Origin: Dipteris shenzhenensis
Lineage: Eukaryota
NCBI GenBank assembly: GCA_047967505.1
Contig: CM106538.1
Direction: 5' to 3' (one strand)
Length of the DNA: 64,000 nt
Below, one piece after another: positions 53,701-64,000 of this stretch. Below the pieces are notes generated by a model, which saw nothing but the letters and a program-made list of their open reading frames with translations, was not told the origin of the DNA and did no database searches. Positions within the stretch are counted from its first letter, which is position 1. The number at the start of each line of letters is the position of its first letter. A program made the position numbers and the translations under genes.

Positions 53701-54121
53701 CCTATATGGTCAAAATGATACATGAACCAGAACCCACTTCTTTTGAGCAAGCCATGGGAAAAGATAAATGGGAGAAAGCCATGGATGAAGAAATGGATGC
53801 CTTGGAAGCAAATGCTACATGGGAATTGGTGCCTTTGCCTAAAGACAAGAATGCAATTGGCTGCAAGTGGGTTTATAAGGTGAAGCACAATGCAGATGGT
53901 TTTGTGAATAGATACAAGGCAATATTAGTTGTCAAGGGGTATGCACAGACATATGGCATTGATTATGAAGAAACATTCAGTCTGGTTGCAAGGATGATTT
54001 GCAAGAAGAGGTCTATATGGAGCAGCCACCAGGTTTTGTTCATGCTATTCATCCTGAGTTTGTTTGCAGGTTGAAGAAATCCTTGTATGGCTTGAAGCAA
54101 GCACCCAGAGCATGGTCTAAC
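50790..54121 (+). mobile_element. Copia family A element A3 (5' LTR 50790-51136, PBS 51137-51148), internally deleted and 3'-truncated
   Basis: LTR plus TGGTATCAGAGC; gag, protease, IN and RT fragments with deletions near 51390, 52843 and 53996; interrupted in RT by another family A LTR. Confidence 0.9.
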
Positions 54122-54862
54122 TGTTGAGATATCAAGCTCCACTTGTGATATGCCAGGGTGACCATTATACATTTATATCATCGACTTGTTAACTGCAGAT
54201 GTGGTTGGTACACCACCCATGAATAATAGTTGGATGACAGCTATCCTTATGTACTCTAGTTAGTGGCTCAGTTAGTATGCCACCTTAGTTAGCTGAGTTT
54301 GGTTTGAGACCCACATATAGGGTTCACCTATTCCTTTTGTACTTAGAGAGTTCTTTTGGCTTTCACAACTAAGAAGAGGAAAACTTTGTTCAACCTCCAC
54401 CTTTGTGTGTATTCCCCCATTGTGTATGTGAGAAAGCTACAAGTGAGACTCCTTCCTTCTCTATCACTCTCTTCACATGGTATCAGAGCTCAGTTCATGT
54501 AAGGAGCTCAAGAAAGCAAACCAAGTCCGTGGAGTCCTAGTAAGAGGATCAATGTTGATTTTCTTTTTTTCTTCGAGTTTAGGAGCAAATCTCTGCAGAG
54601 GCCTGTTTTGGTGCCGGGACTTTTTCTGCAGGCACTCAGGAAAGTGCCCTATTTTTGCTATGCGACCACTCTTTTGCAGGTCGGTGAAAAATTATCGTAG
54701 AAATTACATCGTATGCCTGTGCGTATAGATATTGGGGACGAAAGAATCATTATTATTGCCTATTGATGCACAATTATCACTAGGAAGTGACTGTGTGGTC
54801 AAATACCACTCTCGTCAGTTTTGCAGATTTGCCCTTGTGAGGCAGAAGTTTTGTTTTTTTTA
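54122..54862 (+). mobile_element. Copia family A 5' fragment A4 (LTR 54122-54477, PBS 54478-54489, leader)
   Basis: Complete LTR, PBS and leader that stop just before the gag ATG, where the satellite begins. Confidence 0.9.
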
Positions 54863-54871
54863 CGTTTTTTT

Positions 54872-57800
54872 TACACTGAGCCAAAAATGGTGTTTAATGC
54901 TTAATTGACAATGCAAAGCCTATCCAATGGGCATAATACTTTGCACGCACCTCAACCTAGGTATTCTTTACTTGCATGCAAAGTGACGCACCCATCCCAT
55001 ACGTTCTTGTTTGCATAACACACCTGGGAGCGTGCTTTTTTAGAGTTGTGCATAACACTAGGGGGAAAACGGAGCATAATGAGTGATTGAGCATGCAAAG
55101 CATATCCAATGGGCACAATAGTTTGCACCCACCTCAACCTAGGTGGTATTGACTTACATGAAATGTGGTGAACTAATCCGATAAGTACTTGTTGGAATAA
55201 CACACCTAGGATAATCCTTTTTTATGCGTCTGCATGACACTAAGGCAAAAAGGGAGTTTAATGCTTGGTCAATCATGCAAATCATATATGATGGACACAA
55301 TATTTTTCATAGGCCATTCAGGTGGTATTGACCAGCATGTAAAGTGGCATGTCCATCCCATAAGTACTTGTTCGGATAACACACCTAGGAGTGTGTTTTT
55401 TAAAGGTGGTGCATAACACTAGGAGGAAAATGATGTATAATGCGTGATAGACCATGCAAATCATATCATATGGACACAATACTTTGTACACATCTCAACC
55501 TAGATGGTATAAACATGGGTGCAAAATGATGCATCCATCCGATAGTACTTGTAAGGATAACACACCTAGGAGCATGTTTTTGATGGGTGTGCATCACAGT
55601 GAGGCAAAAATAGTGTTTAATGCGGGAATCAGCCATGCGAAGCATATCAAATGGGCACAATACTTTGTATTCACCTCAATCTAGGTGGTATTTACTTGCA
55701 TGCAAAGTGGCGCACCTATCCCATAACTACTTTTTCTAAATAACACACCTGGGAGCACATTTTTTTATGGTTGTACATAACACTAGGGGAAAAACAGTGT
55801 ATAATGTGTGATCAAGCATGCAAAGCATATCCAATGGGCACAATACTTTGCACTTACCTAATCCTAGGTGGTATTGAGTTTTATGCAATGTGGTTTGCCA
55901 ACCGATAAGTACTTGTTGGAATAACACATCTAGGACAGTGTTTTTTGATGCTTCTGCATGACAGTAAGGCAAAAGCAGAGTTTAATGCTTGGTCGACCAT
56001 GCATATCATATCCAATGGCATCAATGCTTTGTACATGTCTCTATTTATGTGATATTTATGTGCATGCAAAGTAACATGCCCATCCCATAAGTACTTGTTC
56101 AAATAATACTCCTCAGAGCGCTTTTATTAACAGTTGTGAATAACACTAGGAGGAAAACATTGTATAATGCATGATTGAGCATGCAAATCATATCTGATGG
56201 ACATAATACTTTGCATTCATATCAATCTAGATGGTATTGACTTGCATGCAAAGTGGTGCACCCATCCGATAAGTACTTGTTTGGATAACACTCCTACGAC
56301 AATGTTTTTTTATGATGGTGCATAACACTAGGGGAAAACAGTGTGTAATGCATGATCGACGATGCAAATCATATCTGATGGACACAATACTTTGCATGCA
56401 TATCAACCTAGGTGGTATTTACATGCTCGCAAAGTGGTGTGCACATCCGATAAGTACTTATTGGTATGGACTTGTGAGCAAAGTTGCACACCCATACGAT
56501 ACGTTCTTGTTCAAATAACACACCTAGGACTATGTTTTTTTATGATGGTGCATAACACTAGGGGGAAAATGGTGTATAATGCGTGATTGGCCATGTAAAT
56601 CATATCCCATGGACACAATACTTTGCACGCATCTCAATCTAGATGGTATTTACATGCTTGCAAAGTGATGTGCCCATCCGATAAGTACTTATTGGAATAA
56701 CACACCTACGACCATGCTTTTATATGGTTGTGCTTGACACTAAGGAAAAAACGATGTTTAATTTTTGATCGACCATACAAAGCATATCCAATGGACACAA
56801 TACTTTGTATGTGTCTCCACATAGATGGTATTGAATCGGGTGCAAAGTGGCCCACCCATCCGATAATTACTTGTTCGGGTAACACATCTAGGAGCGTGTT
56901 TTTGACGGATGTGCATCACCATGAGACAAAAACGTTGTTTAATGCCATAATTAACCATGCAAAGCATATCAAATGGGCACAATCCTTTCCACACACCTCA
57001 ACCTAGGTGATATTTACTTGCATGCAAAGTGGCGCACCCATCCCATAAGTACTTGTTCAGATAACACACCTGGGAGCACTTTTTTGACGGTTGTGCATAA
57101 CACTAGGGGAAAAATAGTATATAATGCATGATCGAGCATGCAAAGCATATCAGATGGGCACAATACTTTGCACACACCTCAACCTAGGTGCTATTGAGTT
57201 GCATGTAATGTGGCGTGCCAATCTGATAAGTACTTGTTGGAATAACACACCTAAGACAATGTTTTTTGATGCTTGTGCATGACACTAAGGTAAAAAAACA
57301 TTGTATAATACATGATTGAGTATGCAAATCGTATCTGTTGGACACAATACAATAAGTTCTTTTTCGAATAACACACCTAGGACTATGTTTTTTTATGGTG
57401 GTGCATAACACTAGGGGGAAAATGGTGTATAATGCATGATCAACCATGCAAGTCATATCCAATGGATACAGTACTTTGCACGTGTCTCAACCTAGGTGGT
57501 ATTTACATGCTTACAAAGTTGCATGCCCATCCAATAAGTACTTGTTGGAATAACACACCTAGGACTATGTTTTTATATGGTTTTGCATGACATTGAGGCA
57601 AAAACGGTGTTTAATGCTTGATTGACAATGCAAAGCCTATCTAATGGGTATAATACTTTGCATGCACCTCAACTTATGTGGTTTTTACATGTTTTCAAAG
57701 TGGAGTACCCATCCAATAAGTACATATTGGAATAACACACCTAGGACCATGTTTTTATATGGTTGTGCATGACACTAAGGCAAAAACGATGTTTAATTCT

Positions 57801-59021
57801 TGATCGACCATTCCAACCATATGCGATGCGGAAAATACTTTGCACACACCTCAAGCTAGATGGTATGGAGTTGGGTGCAATGTTGTGCACCCATCGAATT
57901 AGTTCTTATTTGAATAACACACCTAGGACTATCTTTTTTTATGGTGGTGCATAACACTAGGGAGAAAACGGCATATAATGCATGATCGACCATGCAAATC
58001 ATACCCGATGGACACAATACTTTGCACGCATTGCAACCTAGGTGGTATTTACATGCTTACAAAGTGGTGCTCCCATCCGATAAAAACTTGTTGGAATAAC
58101 ACACCTAGGGCCATGTTTTTATATGGTTGTGCATGACATTGAGGCAAAAACGGTGTTTAATGCTTGATTGACAATGCAAAGCCTATCCAATGGGCACAAT
58201 ACTTTGCATGCACCTCAACCTAGGTGGTATTCACATGCTTGCAAAGTGGAGTGCCCATCTGATAAGTACATGTTGGAATAACACACCTAGGACCATGTTT
58301 TTATATGGTTGTGCATGACTCTAAGGCAAAAGCGATGTTTAATTCTTGATCGAACATTCAAAGCATATGCGACAGGTACAATAATTTGCATGCAACCAAA
58401 CCTAGATGGCATGGACTTGTGTGCAAATTTGTGCATCCATATGATAAGTTCTTGTTCGAATAACACACTTAGGACTATGTTTTTTTATGATGGTGCATAA
58501 CACTAGGGGGAAAATGGTGTAGAATGCATGATGGACCATGCAAATCATATTTGATGGACACAATACTTTGCACGCATCTTAAAATAGGTGGTGTTTACAT
58601 GCTTGTAAAGTGGCATGCCCATCCATTAAGTATTTATTAGAATAACACACCTATGACCATGTTTTTATATGGTTGTGCATGACACTAAGGCAAAAACGAT
58701 GTTTAATTCTTGATTGACCATACAAATCATATCCGATGGACACAATACTTTGCACACGTCTCAACCTAGATGGTATTTACTTGAGTGCAAAGTGGCGCAC
58801 CCATCCGATAATTACTTGTCTAGATAATGCACCTAGGAGCGTGTTTTTTTAAGGAATGTGTACCACATTGAGGAAAAAATAGTGTTTAATGCTTGATCGA
58901 CAATGCAAAGCTTATCCTATGGACACAATACTTTGCATGCCCCTCAACATAGGTGGTATTGACTTAGGTGCAAAGTGGCATGCCCATCCGATAAGTACTC
59001 GTTTAGATAACACACCTAAGA
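54872..59021. repeat. ~181-bp tandem satellite, ~23 units
   Basis: TAACACACCTAGG-like anchor recurs near 55017, 55197, 55377, 55557, 55741, 55922, 56105, 56286, 56516, 56697, 56880, 57062, 57243, 57370, 57551, 57733, 57915, 58097, 58279, 58461, 58643, 58825 and 59008. Confidence 0.95.
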
Positions 59022-59840
59022 GTTCGTAAAGTTAGTAGTTTTAAAAAAGATGTGATTCAATGGATAGCCAATTTTGAGTAACAATTTACATGAAAAGTAT
59101 TTGTGAGGTTAGTAATTAAAAAAAACTCATATTTATCAAGAAAATAATTGAGTCTAATTATTATGAAATCATTTATACTTAGTAGGATATTTATTAATCA
59201 AGAAAAGGATGCCTATAGAAAACTATTTGTGAGGTTAGTAGTTTTAAAAAAGGCATGTTTATTATGAAAATAATTGAGTATAATTAATCAAGAACAATTG
59301 TGCTTAGTATGAAAGAGAGAGAAGGGTGAAAGGAAAGGAAAAGGAAAAAGGCTAGTAAAAGGAAAGAAAAGGAAAAAGAAAAGAGAAGGGTAGAAAAGGA
59401 AAATCTTAATCTGCCCTAAAGAAGTATGAAAAGGACTTCTTCTCTTCATTCATTCTTATCTCAATCACTTGGAGCAAGAAGGAGCAAGAGGAAGAATTAA
59501 GGAGCCTATCTACAAAAGCGAGTTTACATCCTATCTACAAAACCTTCAGCCAGCTTAGTCAGGTATGAAGAATTTATATTCATGTTTTCTTTTCTTAAAT
59601 ATTTAAGAAACTGAAATTGAGAGAAAGGAGAGAGAAACAAACCTTTTGGAAAATGGAAAAAGCAAGAGAAGAGAGAGAAAGGATGGATGGAAGGGAGGGA
59701 ACGGGACTGAAGGAAAGGGATGGGACGAGAACGATTGAGGGAGGGAAGTCGCGACAGAAGGGAGGAAATGGCCGTGTGAGGAAAGGGGGGCGATGCATAG
59801 GAAACAATCGCGATGCAAGGGAGAAATAAGGGCACGAGGG

Positions 59841-62800
59841 TGTGAAGAGAGTGGGAGAGAAGTAACGAGTCTCACTTGCAGTTTTTCTCACATACACAAT
59901 GGGGGAATACACACAAAGGTGGAGGCTAAAAATAGTTTTCCTCTTCTTAGTTATGAAAGCCAAAAAGAACTCTCTCTTAGTACAAAAGGAATAGGTGAAC
60001 CCTATATGTGGGTGTCAAACCAAACTCAGCTAACCTAGGTGGCATACTAATTGAGCCACTAACTAGAGTACATAGATATAGATGTCATCCAGCTATTATT
60101 CATGGGCAGTGTACCAACTGCATCTGCAGCTAACAAGTCGGTGATATAAATGCACAACGGTCACCCTGGCATATCACAAGAGGAGCTCGATATCTCAACA
60201 CCCCCCCTCGAGCTCAATCCCAATTCTTGCACACCAAGCAGGTCTCTGAACTTGTGCAGCTTCTCTGCACCCAATGCCCTCGTGAATATGTCAGCTACTT
60301 GATCCTCTGTGCTGACATAAACTAGATCAATAAGACCTACTAGAACCTTCTCCAGCACATAGTGATGATGCACCTCAATGTGCTTTGTTCTAGCATGATA
60401 GACTAAGTTATTTGCCAAGTGTATACTGCTCATGTTGTCATAATCAATGACAACTGGCCCAACTAATGCATATCATAAAGTAGCTTACACAACCAAGCTA
60501 CCTCACATGCAGCCATTGTTGCACCCCTGTACTCAGCGTTTGTGCTCGACATGGCAACTATAGGCTGTTTCTTACTACTCCAAGTGACTGCAGCACTCCC
60601 AAAAGAAAACACATATCCACTGGTAGACCATCTATCACAAATACTACCAACCCAATCAACATCAGTGTATCCATGCAATTGTATCTGAACCCCAATCTCA
60701 TAAAATAGTCCATACTACAATGTGGACTCCACATACCTCAGTATGCGTCTAACCACATCCAAATGCGGTTTTGTTGGAGCCTGCATAAACTCACTTACCA
60801 ATGCAACAACATAGCTCAAATCTGGCCCGGTAATAGTTATATAAATCACCCATATTTGGATAGCATGTCCAATCGATACTACCTCTGCAAGATCCATATC
60901 CCAGTTGTGGATCTAATCACCTCAATGCCCAAGAAGTAACTCAACTCTCCCAAATCCTTCATCTCAAACTTCTGCTTCAATAGCATTTTCACATGAAGGA
61001 TATCTTCATCACTGTCACCTGTGATGATCAAATCATCAACATAAATGACAAGCAGCATAATAACTTTCTTTGTTTTTCTCACATAAAGTGAGAAAACTAC
61101 CGTGGAAATCTGAAAGCCAATAGTGACAAGATACTGTCCTATCTTGTCAGTCCATTCTCTGGGTGCTTGCTTCAAGCCATACAAGGCTTTCTTCAACCTG
61201 CAAACAACTGCATGCACATAACCTGTTGGCTGCTCCATATAGACCTCTTCTTGCAAATCACCATGCAAGAAGGCATTCTTTACATCCATCTGATGTAAAG
61301 ACCATCCCTTTGATGCAGCCATAGCAATGACTGCTCTTACGGTTGCCATCCTTGCAACTGGACTGAATGTTTCTTCATAATCAATGCCATATGTCTATGC
61401 ATACCCCTTGACAACTAATCTTGCCTTGTATCTGCTCACAGAACCATGTGCATTGTGCTTCACCTTATAAACCCACTTGCAGCCAATTGCATTCTTGTCT
61501 TTAGGCAAAGGCACCAATTCCCATGTAGCATTTGCTTCCAAGGCATCCATTTCTTCATACATGGCTTTCTCCCATTTTTCTTTTCCCATGGCTTGCTCAA
61601 AAGAAGTGGGTTCTGGTTCTTGTATCACATTGACCATATAGGCATAGTGAATGGCTGTAAATCCATCATATTTCAGCCTATCCATAGGATACATAGCTCT
61701 GGTAGACCTGTGCAAAAGAGGCTCACTACCAGGTGCTCTCAAAACATCCCTTGTCTTCCTTACTCTAGGTGTAACAATAGAAGGAATACCCAACTCATCA
61801 TCAAGGCTCTGTTTAGAGCCACTGGATTCACCATCCACGTAAGAGTGACCTGCATTCACATCAACCATGGGCTGATCTTCTTTCTCTTTTCCTTTTCGTG
61901 ATACTTGCATACCACTATCTACATTGCTTTGAGGAGATCCTCCTGATCTTAATTTTCCTCTCCATGGCAAAGTATGTGAACCACTGCTAGAGGACACTAC
62001 AGGTCCACTAATATTTTGTGATTGCTGCTGTGAATTCTATGCAACATTACCATTTTGTGCATCTACATCATCAATCACATTTACTAGTTTATACCAGCTG
62101 CTCATCTCATAAAAAACATCTCTGCTCACTGTAAACTTACGAGTAGAAGGGTTATAGCATCTATACCCTTTCTGCTGCAAACAATAACCAATAAAGATGC
62201 ACTTCTCAGCTTTTGGATCCAACTTGGATCTCAACTCATCTGGCACATGAACATAGGCAATGCAACCAAAAACTTTCAAATGAGAAATATCTGGTTTCCT
62301 ACCAGTATACCTCTCCTATGGTGTCATGCCATGTATTGTTGTAGTGGGAGTCCTATTCATTATGTAGACTACTATAGCAACTGCTTTAGCCCAATAATAG
62401 TCTGGCATGTCTTTTTCGTTGAGCATGGCACAAGATACCTCTCCAATATGGGTGCTCTTCCTTTCTGCAAGTCCATTTTGGTGTGGGGTATGACTACATG
62501 AATATTGATGCTTTATGCCATGCTCCTACAGGAAACTTGCAAAATCATTTGAGAGGTACTCTCCCCCTCCATTTGACCTTAGGCATTTTATTTGCAGGCC
62601 TATTTCTTTTTCAACCATAGCTTTAAAAGCTTTGAAATGCCCAAACACTTCACTTTTCTTTTTCATAAAATACACCCAAAATTTTCTGCGATAGTCATCA
62701 ATAAAAGTGACAAAATAATGATAGCCTCCAATAGATACAGCTTTAGTAGTCCACACATCACAGTGGATTAATTCCAATGGCCTCTTACTCTCTTGAACAT

Positions 62801-64000
62801 GTCTAGGAAATGGTTTCCTTGCCTGTTTTCCAAATTGACAGGCTTCACATACCTTATGCATTTCTGCAACCTTGAACTTAGGCAATCATGCAACAACATC
62901 TTGGGCCTGCATTAATTCAAGTCACTGTACATTAACATGACCAATGCATTTATGCCAGATATCAATATCTGCAACTACACCGGTCCCATGTACAAACATT
63001 GCTACACTCAATTTAGGCATGTCTGCATCCAACGTAAACATTTTGCCCTTCTTCTTCCATTTTGCTATCAAGCGACCTTTATTTTTCATATCCTCAACAT
63101 AGCATCCATGAGGATTAAATCTAACCTACAAGCCCTCTCAACCATTTGACCAACAGAATCCAGGTTCTTGGTGATATTCGGGACATGAAATGCATCAGAC
63201 AGGTATTTCTTTTTCCCATCCTACATAGACAAAGGAATTTTACCAATCTACACAATAGGATGTGCAATATCATCTCCAGCCTCCACAAATCATGGTCTTT
63301 CAATTTTCCTTACATCCTGCATCCATTCTGCATGACCCACCATGTGGTTTGATGCACCCGAGTCAACATACCACACATCATTGCTTTCTTCTGCACTTGT
63401 CACATAATTGGTCATGTGCTGCACCATAAACAAATGCTCATCTCTATCATCACCCTGTCTACTAGAATATGCATAATTGCCTTGCTGCGATTTTCCATTC
63501 ATGATGTCATTTATCTTTTTGTGGCAGTCTTTAGCCATATGACCCATTTTACCATAGTCGTAGCATTCAACATTGTTGTTTGCATTTTGGCCTCTCTGCC
63601 ATCCATCACGACCTCTTTGGCTCCCCCTGCCTCTAAAGTTACCACATCCTCCTCCATAGCTGGTCTTCTTGAATTTGTTGCATATTTTGATTTCTGCCAC
63701 AGCCTTTAGATTAGCCTGCTCTACCTCTGCCTCTACCTCTTCTAGCATTTGAGTAGAAGATAGCTTCTTTTGAAGTTCCTCCTGAAGAAGATGCACCACT
63801 ATTTCTCTCCTCTTCAGCAATTAGAAGATCAATCAACTCCCCAAAATCAGGATAATTCTCATAGACGGCAATGGATGTGCAAAACTTTGCATAATCCTTT
63901 CCTAGACCATTCAAGGTCATAGAAACTAAATCATCATCTTCCACTGGTGACCCAATGGAAGCAAGTGCATCTACAATCTTCTTCACCTTAATGTGGTAGT
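59841..64000 (-). mobile_element. Copia family A element A5 (3' LTR 59841-60200; RH, RT, IN, protease, gag continuing beyond the window)
   Basis: Reverse-complement LTR TGTGAAGAGAGTGGGAG...GATATCTCAACA; PPT at 60201-60210; minus-strand ORFs 60161, 60463, 60879 (YVDD), 61395, 62037, 62526 and 63290 (WYVDSGASNH). Confidence 0.93.

Noticed and set aside
54952-58500. Short ORFs within the 181-bp satellite
   Set aside because: Chance frames in tandem repeats; unit lengths do not consistently preserve frame.
59024-59840. AT-rich ~125-bp imperfect duplication and purine-rich tract after the satellite
   Set aside because: Low complexity, lacks the GA-array core, and no terminus or TSD could be assigned.

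Overview
Gene-free, repeat-saturated eukaryotic DNA from a large-genome land plant (fern-like is a guess). I found no intact host gene, rRNA, tRNA or CRISPR array. Contents: (1) two Ty1/copia LTR retrotransposon families in nested, truncated and solo-LTR forms. Family A has ~355-bp LTRs (TGTTGAGATATC...CTCACA) and family B ~168-bp LTRs (TGTGGGGGTTAAAG...CTCTCA on the minus strand); both have tRNA-iMet primer-binding sites (PBS) and 5-bp target-site duplications (TSDs) that give a relative insertion order. (2) About 12 kb of a structured (GA)n-based composite array in five blocks, always purine-rich on the + strand, with a conserved GGTGAAGGGAGAGA core, ordered GC-rich spacers and recurrent ~20-bp hairpin modules. 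(3) A broken minus-strand DNA-transposon gene (48.06-50.79 kb) that joins an En/Spm Tnp1-like domain, ~20-aa tandem repeats, Cys-rich motifs and a Sola-like DDD core (DGMDQ / DNC-x-RENKN / VGHTHEDI). (4) A ~4.1-kb, ~181-bp satellite with higher-order structure. (5) Small TIR/foldback elements and hairpins in the first 7.5 kb, and a 100-N gap. The long Ser/Leu and Glu/Arg ORFs are microsatellite artefacts. Family and domain names come from motifs recognised by eye and need HMM confirmation.
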